Positions 36,301 through 48,093 of a stretch of 64,000 nt of DNA are shown here, one piece after another. A program made the position numbers and the translations under genes. The stretch is from Dimorphilus gyrociliatus. Lineage: Eukaryota; Animalia; Annelida. Location of the stretch: contig CAJFCJ010000006.1 in the NCBI GenBank assembly GCA_904063045.1, positions 1,651,601-1,715,600 on the forward strand, written 5' to 3'. The first letter of the stretch is position 1. Each line of letters opens with the position of its first letter. The notes beneath the pieces are model-generated. The model saw only the letters and a program-made list of their open reading frames with translations, had not been told where the DNA came from and did no database searches.

Positions 36301-39300
36301 CTAACAGATAAGCCTTCCTATGTGGGCGTTAGATTTACGAAAACGAATATTGGAGGAGTTAAATTATTGTCCGATGCAAACTCTTTGGGACCATTAAGGG
36401 TAGAAGGTGGAAACGTTCCTAAAACAGCGTTTTATAGGGGACCGGCAGACAATTCAAATACTGAAATATGCTTCTATCTATATATAGATGAAAGGAAGGC
36501 TGCTTCTCGTTATAGCGTCGTAGATAGGAGATGCTATAGGTCTATAAAAAGAGCTACTACACTCTACGTAATATCATCTATAGGTTACGATTTACGTGTA
36601 TGCAAAATTTTTATATACGAGCAGAAAACTTTGGCACCTGATAAGAAAAAGGTGGGAGGTTACGGTTTATCGCTCGGAAGGAACGAAACATACTACATCA
36701 ATAATGGACCTAATTTGAATACTTCTTTAAAAAACTATGAAAGATTTAGACAATCGGATAGCATCTCTAAAGGTCTTCTAGCCCGTATTGAAAATTACAA
36801 TTATCAATCTTATTATAATTCACGTATTACCAATTCGCCAAAAGTAACATTTTCCTTTGGTCCAAATGTCACGGCTGTTTCCCTTGACCTTAAACGAGTT
36901 TTTCGCTTAATAAATGTTTCTCTTGGTGTTGAAACCCCCTTAGAACCAAATCGAACATTATACATATGGTACGACTACGCCTTACAACCGGAAATCTTTA
37001 CTTTTTCTTCAAAAGGTCCCAATTGTTGGTCTAGAAGAACTATTGGTAGAGGATTTTTTATTCTAACTTGTACGTTATTTAAAGTAGCAGGTAGATTCAT
37101 AAGAGTAGAACTTGAACCAAGCAGTAGGAAGCATACGATAAAACTATGGAAATTGGACGCAGTTTCAGACCAAATAGGTGGCATTTGCTATCAATTAGAA
37201 AGAGTTTATTCTCAAGTTTTAGAAGAGATGGGAAATCCAACAGTAGCCCTTACGCTAAATATCTGCAAATACCGATGTTGGTCTATTACGAACTGCAATT
37301 ATTTTAAATACCATAATTCAATATGTAATTTATATAAGAAAAAGTCCAAAGGAACGATTGGTACAGCAATTAAATCGGCCTATAGAAAAAAGAATTGCTC
37401 TCAGAACGAGTATAAAGCGTCTTATGATCAATTACCCATAACTGAAAGAGAGAAGGCTATGGAAGGTTATAGAATCCTCCTGGCGTCAACAAATACAGAT
37501 GGTTTTACAAAATTATCTGCAGTTTTTGAATCTAGGTCCGCTATTGATTCAAATTTTGGAGAATTCAGCTGCACGAATACAAGAAGGTCATCTTGGATAT
37601 CCATAAAATTAAGGGAAAGAAATAAATTGGGTAGAATTCGGATAAGATCAGTAGGAGGCAGCTTAAGTCATTTGAATACTGCAGTTTTCTCTGATGATTC
37701 TATTCTTAGATTAAGTTCTTTTGATAAGTTCTTATCGAATGAGCTTGAACATTGCTATACTCTTTCTGAGAGCCTTGATGAAGCCATATATCAATATGAG
37801 GATAGGTGCTGGAGAGATATTGAAGGGGAGTATATACTTATTTATACTGAGATCCTTCCCTCGCTACACGTTTGCGAAGTAAAGGCCTATTCTGTTAATA
37901 TGCCTGATCCCTGTTACGATCACAAATGTCCCATGGATTTGTCTAAATGTGTTAAGTTTAGAAGCCACTATCATTGTCAATGTTACGATAGTAACCTTAT
38001 ATTCGGTAATTTGTGCCAAATGAGAGCTTCCGGTAAATTTTTACTGAATTCTAATGTATCAATTATTGATTGGCGAAGATCTAGACATCATTATTTAGTC
38101 GATCTTGCTAAAAAAAAGAGATCTTTTATTTACGGCTCTTACGATCAACAACCTATTTATTTAGGATTAAACCTGACGGACGGAGACTTAAGGACTTGTG
38201 TAAATATGGATGATCGTTTCTTTGTATCTGTCTACCTTGAGACGCTATTTCCCGTTGGTAGAATAATTTTAGGGGGAAAGAATATGAATAAGACGTCGGG
38301 GAATGCCTTGATAATTGAGGTCCGTACAAGTCGATCATATTTCCAATTTTCATCTTTAATCGAGTTCGAAAGAGAACGATCAAAGCGAACAACTCTTTGC
38401 TACGAAGGTTTCTATTCGACACCTTCAACACCTTTTATAAACGCAACGTGCCGTACATATGATAAAGGTAGGAAGAGCGAAGTTCAAACTCCACAAAATG
38501 CCCGATTAATCTATGTTTATGTTGGAGGTGTGACTTCTGTTTTTGAATTATGCGAAATAGAAGTTTACAAATTGCCTGAGAGAAGACAGAGTTGCCTGAG
38601 AACGATTTGGTCATCAAAACCAGATGATCAATTCGATAAAAGTCATCTTATTGAGAGGAAAGTTTTAAAGAACAAGGACGATTGTGAACTTCTCTGCAGG
38701 AGCTTAAGTAATTGTAAAGGCGGCGAATTCGGAGGGTCAGCATGTCTATTATTCGATTACCTAGTATTCGATAGATCTTTACGAAGGAGGAGTTCGGCAG
38801 GTGGAGTAGTGCACTTGTTCGAATTGGTCAATTGTAATATAACATCCATAGAAAATTACGGAAAAGGACCAAAAAGTATTACAAAGTGGGTTTCAGCCAC
38901 CACTAGTAGTCCTAAATCGGAAACCGGTAAGGAGATTGAGGGATTGAAGGCTTCAGGAAAAATAAGTAACATGTGTACTTGGATAGACTGTAGTCAGTCA
39001 CAGACAGATCGTTATTGCTATTGGCTCGTTAATCTAGGCACGAAGAAGTATATCTACGCCGTAAATATAAAAAGCGATATAAATATCCTTAGTAACCTGG
39101 CGGTAGAAACTATTAAAGAGGGGGATCAGGAGAAGGACTTTGACGCAATCTTCAGTAGCACTGCCCATAACCGAACGGATTTAGATAAGAAGCTTTGTTA
39201 TCATTATACAGGAGTATTGACTAAAGAGGTAACTACGATATTAATAATAAGTTAAATCTTAATGTTAATAATCCTTTGTTGATATAAAAGATACGTGGTT

Positions 39301-42300
39301 ATTGCGAGGAAGTCGCTTTATCAACATATGTTTTAATAACGAAATTGGCTACTGATAAAGAATTTCTTTGGCTATGTTCTATAAATATAATAGAATGGAG
39401 ATTATCGTCAAAGGAGATGGATCGTTATCTTTATGGTTGTGAAAATGGTCATAAAGGTAAACACGTTAGGGGGCAATTAAAATGCAATTGTTCAAAAAAT
39501 TCTGGCTCCTTCTGTCAATCTGTCAATTGCTCTAGTTCACTTAGCAAATGTAAAGGTAGAAAGTGCAAAAAAAAGCCCTATTCTGTTCTCAAACCATTGG
39601 ATTTTTTTAAAGAAAGTTGCCACTGCAAAAAGGATGAGTATGGCAAATATTGCGAATATAGCCGACCGTCGAACCAATGCATTTCAAATCCGTGCCAAAA
39701 CGGTGGAACTTGTCAGGCCAATTCAGATAATGATTGGCCTCTAGGTATCAGATGCAATTGTCATTTGGGCACTAGAGGCGATTTTTGCGAGGTTAACAAT
39801 GACGACTGTTTAAAAAAACCTTGTTTGAATAATGGAACTTGTATAGATATGGTCAACGGTTTTCTTTGCACTTGTCCACAGGGTTTCACTGGTAAAAAGT
39901 GTCAAGATTCTATCAATTTTTGCCAATCTCATTCATGTTTAAATTCTGCAATTTGTTACAATAGGCCCTCTTCCCACGTCTGTCACTGTTCCAAAGGCTA
40001 TAATGGCACTAATTGTTCCATGGTCGTAAATACATGTAGCTGGTCTTCGACAATGTGCTTTAATGGTGGTACATGCATACCGGAGGTTGGAAATTTTTCT
40101 TGCGCCTGCAGGAAGGGATATTTTGGTAATAGATGTCAATTTTTTGAAAATGCTTGTTCCAACGATACATGTTTGAATGGTGGAACTTGTAACGAAGTAC
40201 GTCTAGCCGATACACTTCCGATTCCAACTTGCGCTTGTAAAGTAGGATTTAGCGGTAACACCTGTGAAATTATACTGAATCCCTGTCAACCGCCTTCTCC
40301 TTGTCTAAACGGAGGTATTTGTAGGCCTAAAAATACGTTCTATGATTATTTTTGCGACTGCCCAGAAGAGTTTCATGGAAAGAATTGTGAAATAAAATTT
40401 ACTGCTAAACAATGCAGTTCATGTCCTTGTATGAATAATGTATAACGCGATAAGTCATTCATTAATGTACCCAATTAATCACGTAATATTTCAATTTTTA
40501 ATAATGGATAGGCTACCTGCCAGGAACATCCTTTAAATCCAAAGGATTATATATGCCTTTGTTCTAAAGGATTTACTGGAAAACGTTGTGAAAATGATAT
40601 TGACGAGTGCTCAATAGAGGAAAGCTGCCAGAATAGTTTCCCACCTGCATATACTCAACCGCCCCTAAAGAAAAATTGCACTGAAACCTCCTTTATAAAA
40701 AAAGTAACATATCCGATAGATGGCATTAATTGTCTACGGAAAAAGAATAGCAAAGAAGCAGCATGCGAAAGTACTGCTTGTATAATGGGACTGTGTTCTA
40801 TAAACTTAACTTTTGGTCGAGGTCTGCGAATGCTCTTTCTCTTTATCTTTACAATGTTTCTTATCTGTTTGCAGGCGATAATATAACTAAACTGGAATGC
40901 GGAAAGAGGGGAACTGTAAACCAATGTATAAACGCTAATGCCATAAACATAACCTGCTTGGGAAGAAAATGCAATTTGGTTAATTTAACTGATAATTATT
41001 ACTGCGAATCGGCTAATTGTACCGGATACATGCGAGAAACCAAAGTTGCATGTAGTTTAACTCCTATTGAACCAAAAACGCCTTGGGTTTGTCTTAATTT
41101 AATAGGAAGGTCAGAATGTTCTTGCCCGTGGAATTCAACTGGAACGTATTGTAATGTTTCAAATATTCCAAGTCCGTGTAATATGATGGGCATTATTTGT
41201 TCTAATCACGGAGTATGTCATGACAATGGAACAAAATTTTATTGCCAGTGTGATCATGGTTATCAAGGTATGATTCTAATAATATATGCTCCTATAAAAA
41301 AAGGAACTTTTTGAAAATAGGAAATTTTTGCGAGTATCAATCAAGAAAATGCATTCCAAATACATGTAAAAATGGCGGAATCTGTAATCCAGTTTTAACT
41401 AATATGACCTGTAATTGTCAATGCCAGAAGGGTTATGAGGGCACCTCTTGCGAAAGAGATACTGATGAGTGTTCCTCCTTAGATTCTAATTTATGCCTAC
41501 ATGGACAATGTGTAAATGTACCTGGGTCGTACGCTTGTCTTTGTGATGATGGTTTCCATGGACCAACATGTAGTAATTCAATAAATGAATGTTCTTCAAA
41601 TCCTTGTGGTTTAGGCGCCATCTGTCATGACTTGACTGCTACCTATTCTTGCTCCTGCCCAGAACATGCTTTCGGTTTACCAAACTGCAAACCGATTCCA
41701 TTTTGTCAAAGTTCGAATGCTAGTTGCGATCCTGTAGGAACAAAGTATTGTCAATCTGAAGAAGCAAATCCGGCTAAAGGAAAATGCGAATGTAAACCTG
41801 GTTATATTGGTGAAACTTGTTCTACAGAACTAGATACTTGCTCCCCAAACCCGTGTTTAAATGGGGGTACCTGTAGGAGATTGACAAACGATTATCTCTG
41901 CGAATGCCCTAAAGGTTTTGCTGGTGATAATTGTATCAGAAAAATTAATCCGTGTTTAAGCAATCCTTGTTCCCTTGAGAGATCCGTTTGTGTTCCTTTA
42001 GCAAATGGATCATATATATGTGATTGTTTACTTGGCTTCAATGATCCTCCAGATTGTCAAAAGTATGTAGATCCTTGTACTATGAATGGCCGTAAAAATA
42101 TTTGTAAAAACGGTGGCACTTGTGCTCATCGACCTGGTTCAAATCAAACTTTTTGTATTTGTTCTAACATCTTTTCAGGGGATCATTGCGAAATCTGGAA
42201 TCCAGCTTGCGATAGTAACCCCTGTATGAATAATGCAACGTGTAATTCAACAGGAATTGCTGGCTTTAAGTGTATTTGCCACTGTTTATATGAAGGAAGA

Positions 42301-45199
42301 TTATGCGAGAAAACTAAAGATTTTTGTGATACTTATCCAAAGCCTTGCTCGGTTGGCTTTGCTAAAAAGTGCGTACAAATTTCAGGAGTTTGTCAAGCAA
42401 CTTGCATTTGCGAAGATGGATTCTATGGTGAAGAATGTATTTTTGACATGGATGAGTGCCAATCGGGCCCCTGTGGAATAGGAACGTCCTATTGCGAGAA
42501 TACGCCTGGTTCTTATCGGTGCATTTGTAAAAATGGTTGGGGCGGCAAAAGATGCGATGTCAACGAGGATAGATGTCTGTCCTGTAGGACTATTAACTGC
42601 GTCGATCCGCCAGAGACTAATAAATGCTATTGCTTACCGGGACAAGCCGGATTCAACTGTGAATACGAATCGTGTAGACCGAAGGAAGATTATCTTGCAG
42701 ACTGTTTAAATGGGGGATTATGCATTAGGAAGAATCCGCATAGTCAGCCTACTTGCGAATGTCCCGAAAATTTTTCAGGCGTCAAATGCGAACATAAGTT
42801 GGCAAATGAAGCTTGTTCTTGTCACCCTAATAGGGGTTTGGGTTGCCTTAACGGCAAGTGTATTTGTAAGCCAGGATATTCGGGCGAATATTGTGATATA
42901 ATGATTAGGGAATGTCACCTAAAACCTTCTTGCCCTTCCAATTATTCATGTATAGATGATTTAAACTTTATTCGTAGGAAGCGAAGTACAATAAGATATG
43001 TTGATTTTACATGTAAAGTTCCAACTCAGCCAGGTAGCGATAGACACTCGGTTTCGTGGTTTAGAAGAAGAATGGGAACGAATGAAAGAATTTTCAATGC
43101 CGAATTCGGAATTTTTAAGAGTTTACCATCCAAACATGGTTATCTTTTTACTGCTGATGGTAAACGTGCAAATATTACTTACTACAATTATTCTGTTAGA
43201 CTAGATACACCCAATGTCATGAGCCTTATTAACTATGAATATTCATGCGTATCAAGTTTTCAAAATTCATCGGTAACGAGCCTTGAATTTAAATCTTCGC
43301 TCCATTAATAGCATAATTTATAATTTTTAGGGAATATTTAACCTTCTCATTAGTCACTTTATACTAAAAAGGGAGGGGAAGGTCGTCTACGTGTCTTTAT
43401 ACGAGGGGAATAAGAAGTGCGTAAAAAATTCATGTTTACAACTGTTACCGGATTTGACCTTCCCACCATGTTCAAATGGTACTTGCAAGACGGATACAAG
43501 AATAAATTCCCTAAAGCAGATAAAAAACGTCTTCTATACTGATTATCGTTGTCATTGCGGTCCTTATTACACTGGTAGGAATTGTGAAACATTAATTAAT
43601 ATATGCTCCTACGTTCATTGTAAAAATGGGGGCACTTGCATTCAAAAGGGAACAAATTTTAAATGTCTTTGTTTGTCAATCTTTGAGGGGGAATTATGTC
43701 AATATTACATCAGACCTTGCGACAGTAATCCCTGTTATAATGGCGGTAGTTGCATCGGTGCGTTGCATCCTGTTGATAAAAGAAAAGTTTGGGGGTGTAA
43801 ATGTTCACCTAAGTTCTATGGCGAAAGGTGTGAAAAGAAATCTACCGCGTGTTTAAGTAGACCTTGTTTTAATGGTGGAAAGTGCGAACCCATGGGAATT
43901 TCATATATGTGTAACTGCCCACCCGGTATAAATGGCACATTTTGTGAACAATTTACACCATGCTATTCGTTGCCTTGCAGTAATGGCGGAACTTGCAGAA
44001 CTATGTCAGATGGAATTTCATACACCTGTTTATGTCCCGAAGGGTATTTTGGAAGGACTTGTTTATTTACTCGACCCTGTGACGCGTTACCTTGTCAGTT
44101 TGGGGGTAGTTGTAGTGAGAAAAAAGGGAAAGTAACATGTACATGTCCTGATCATACAACGGGAAAATTTTGCGAACACACACCGTCTAATTGTTTTGGT
44201 ACCATTTGTTTCAATGGAGCCAAATGCAGGGGTACAGTAGAGAGTCCGAAATGCCTATGCCCTCCGGGAATTTATGGAGATGGTTGCGAAGTATCAAATA
44301 GAAGGATGGAAGAAGGGGAAATAGGTAGTTTGGGTGTTTGGCAAGGGCCAGAAGTACCTCTTTTACCAGGTGAATTGGCGAAAAAGAACTTCTCGAGAGA
44401 ATATGATGAAGAACTGAAGAATTCAACGGATTGCTATTACTTCAATTGTTTTCATCAAGGAGCATGTACGCTAAAATACGGAAAATTATCATGTAACTGC
44501 CCCCATGGATACACTGGGGAGAATTGCGAGGTTGCTATTTATGATTGTCCTAACAAGACTTGTAGCAACTCTGGTCGTTGTAAGATATACAAGTCAATTG
44601 GAGAAACTGCATCACTTGTGTGCAAATGCCCTACTGGTTGGAAAGGCGATTATTGTACAATTGCTTATCCTGATGACCAGTGTCAGTCAACTGATTGTAA
44701 ATGGGGCGGTACGTGTACATTATTACAGAGCGGAGGCTATAAATGCGATTGTCCCCCACTAACCACGGGCCCTAGTTGTCAGACAGTTCTAAGTTCCTGT
44801 ATTGGACAGCCCTGCTGGAATGGGGGTGTATGCGAACCGCTACCTGATCTGGGTATATATTCATTTCGGTGTCATTGCCCTCAGACATTTTCCGGTAATT
44901 TTTGCGAAGACAAAGCTGCTGAGGAAAACTTGTTTGAAGTGCTATTTACCGCAATGATATTTTTATCCATTGGGTTAATTTTGTTATTAACTGTCAAGGC
45001 TGTCGTCAATTTGACCGCTTCTAAGAATCTTATGCGAGGTTATTATTTCTGTGAGAAGAATTCGTTGATTTGGTCGAGATTGCGCCGTATAAATAATAAT
45101 ACAGAAAATAAAAATAACATGAAAAGATTTTTAGTGGACATAGAAAGTGATAAACGAAATTTGTTTCAAAAGAATATTAAAGATCATAAAATCCTATGA
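33371..45199 (+). CDS. Giant type I membrane protein (~3,580 aa): signal peptide, about six degenerate F-type-lectin/F5-8-like modules, two PAN/Apple domains, ~35 EGF repeats, RRKR furin site, Ig-like domain, TM and ~65-aa tail; exons 33371-33941, 34684-35878, 35928-39228, 39291-40439, 40512-40821, 40875-41267, 41321-43272, 43331-45199
   Basis: All seven GT-AG introns join the listed ORFs in frame, and the summed CDS is 10,740 nt (divisible by 3). Domain motifs were read directly: LCEIEVY-type ends, PAN cysteine spacing, CxNGGTC repeats, and C..W..YSC. Confidence 0.88.
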
Positions 45200-48093
45200 C
45201 GTCATTTTCGAAGAAGTCGTCTTTTTTTTTACTGCTCTAATAAAACGTTATTTTTTTATATTTTACCTTTTAAGGAACAATTTTGTACAGTTTTGTTATA
45301 TCGTTTGTTGAACAAATAAAGCGGTTTACTAATCTAATATTGATTGTCCCTCAGGGACTAAATAATATTACCAGTTTTCGTGAAGAATTTTTTACTTTTG
45401 TCTATGAAAACTTTGATTGACATGTATTTATTATGATTAAATTACGTAATATAATAAAAATGGCTAAATTGTTGTAAACTTTACGTATTTACCATATTTT
45501 GACTTTTTTTCTTAAAGAACATACAGATCTTTCCCAGATCATTAAGTAATACTGCAGGGTATTTTTACAAATCAAAAGAGGTTAATGTCCTAAAAGACCA
45601 AGGGTCCCAGGGCAAAATCTCCCATCAATAGAAGATGCATGGGAAATTGACAAAGAAACTTTAAAGGAGAGAAAACCTCAAATGTCCCCTAATGTTGTGC
45701 TTCATCTGTCTGTTTGAGTCAGTTCGCTTCTCTCTCATTTACTTCACTCTACTGCTTTAGCCTAGTTGTTTTTCTTTTTTATGGCCAAAAGTCGACATAC
45801 TTGTCTAAACCAGACAATGTTGATCTACTATACTTTACTCGTTATACGTAGTAGTCCTATGTCAATGAAAAAGGATTTTCGATTTATTTACTTACTTGCA
45901 TTATAGAATTATCTACTTCATCCTCTAAAAACCTGAATGTATCTATTTGGAAATCCAATAAATATATCTCTATCAACATTCTCTAAGTTCTTCAATTTAT
46001 GGGGGGGCTATATAGAAATGTTCTCTAGAGATGCAACTTTTCCATGTGTCGTCTAGCATGTCCTCCGGAAATTCTTAATATTCTGGAAGAATATTTTTTT
46101 TAAAAGCATTTCTTAAAAGAAAAACATTCTCGTAGTTGAAAATGCTTGGTGATAAGTTTGATATTGACTGATAGCAGTTTTATGCTGTAAAAACGCTTCA
46201 TATCTTCGTGTAAGATGATAGAAATAAAGCGTTTGCGGTAAAGATTAAATAGGTTCATTTTTATAGCATTAAAAGAATTTTTGTGTGGCGCCCCCTTTGT
46301 CTGGGTTTGAAAGAAGATACGAGAAGAAGGTGTCTAAAGCATGGAGTCTTTTGTCATATCCAGGAAACGGCGTCGACAGAGAAGAAAAACGTGGCTAAAG
46401 GGGTGAGGGGAAGTGAAAATTCTCCGGAGCAAACAATCAAATTCCACAGTAAATGCAGAATTACCGTTTTTCTCCAAATATTTACTTATCGCCACTTTTA
46501 TCGCTTCAAATAAGTCGGCTAGAATTGAAAAAAAATAAATAAATAAGAAGAAGTAGACGAAAAAGAAGAAGAAGAAGAAGAATAAAACTTTATTAAATAC
46601 AAATATATAATAATAAATCCATTATAATAATTTAATATTCAATATTTCTTTCTTCTTCGTATTTTATTATTTTTCTTTTATAGAATTCTATAATTGTTAT
46701 TTACAATTTTAAAGCCTTTTAAAATAGAAACAAATTCACATAAATCGGTTAAATTCTTATCGATTTCTATTTGCCTTTCTAAACAATATAAACAAAGAAA
46801 GGGAAACTTGAAACACCTGTAAATATTAACTAAGAAAACAATTGTTCCACAAAATTTATTACTTTGCTTATAGACCTAAGTGCATAGCTTGTTTTAAGAG
46901 ATGGAGAGAAATTATTGTCTTTCATATATGTAAGAAACTGTAAGTTGGCAACATTAAAAGAGATATAAGATAAAAAAAAACAACAGAATTTTCTCTCTAT
47001 TCACTTTGATTGTTAATACTTCATGAACTGTTGTTTAAAATGAAAAAAAAGACACCGTAGAAAGATATCGAAGGAATGAAGGAGAGAGGGAGGGAGAAGT
47101 GCAAGAAAGAGATCTTTACTTTCGAACATCAATAAGCTCGATTGGGTACAAACGCTTTATATAAGTTGTGTATATTGTACATTTATTTATTTTGATTATA
47201 GGCTGATGTTTATAATTTATAGTTTAATCTCTATTAAAGGTTATTTTGTGACAGAAAATCTTTCTTTGAGATTATAAAAGCGATATCAATGGATTTACTA
47301 TGCCAAACTAGCGCTTGTTTGTTTGATTTCGCAAAAAGAATTCTTCTGATATTTATTTTAATAAGCTATTTATTAGATTTCGTAGAAATTCCTTTTACTG
47401 AAACTATTCACCTTTATGTATTATTTTCCGCGTAGTAATTTTTTTCTTTTTCTTACTTTTCTTTTTATGCACAACAAATAAAACTGAACATGGCACACAA
47501 TTTCAAAAAATCCCTCTTTTGTTCAACTATTTATATATATATGTGTATATACATATATATATATATATATATATCTATATATATATATCAACATATGTAT
47601 ATGAATATACATATATATATGCATAAAAGAAAACCACTGGATTCCTTTTCAAATAAAGAAAAAACTTCTTTAACAAATATTTTACAATTTTTTTAAAACG
47701 AAAAAAACAAACAGCCGGTCGATTTCGTCCTTCTTTCTGCCTTGTAAATAAATGTGAGCGCTTTAAGTCTTTCAATATAACGAAAGGACCGGAAAGAGGA
47801 GACAAAAATAAAACTGTATAATAATGCATCACAGTCTTATTCGACAAATTAAAGAGAAAACTTTGTTAAAACAGGTAAAATGCTGTTTTAAGGAAAAGAT
47901 ACTCTTAAGCGTAATCCTTTATCTTTCTTGTAGAGAGTTTCTTGAAGAGAAGATATGTACAATTTCGCTTCCTTCACTTTTTCAATTCTAGTTTTTGTGA
48001 AACACAGAGAAGAAAGATAGACAGAGATAGAAAGAAAGAGAGAGAGAGCGATGTGAAGAGCAACTGTGAGATTTAGATATAAGCACTTTTTTT

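Noticed and set aside
33314-45199. Calling the EGF-rich ORFs Notch, Delta/Jagged or Crumbs, or a frameshifted pseudogene
   Set aside because: There are no LNR/ankyrin, DSL or laminin-G domains. Every ORF break is explained by a short in-frame GT-AG intron.
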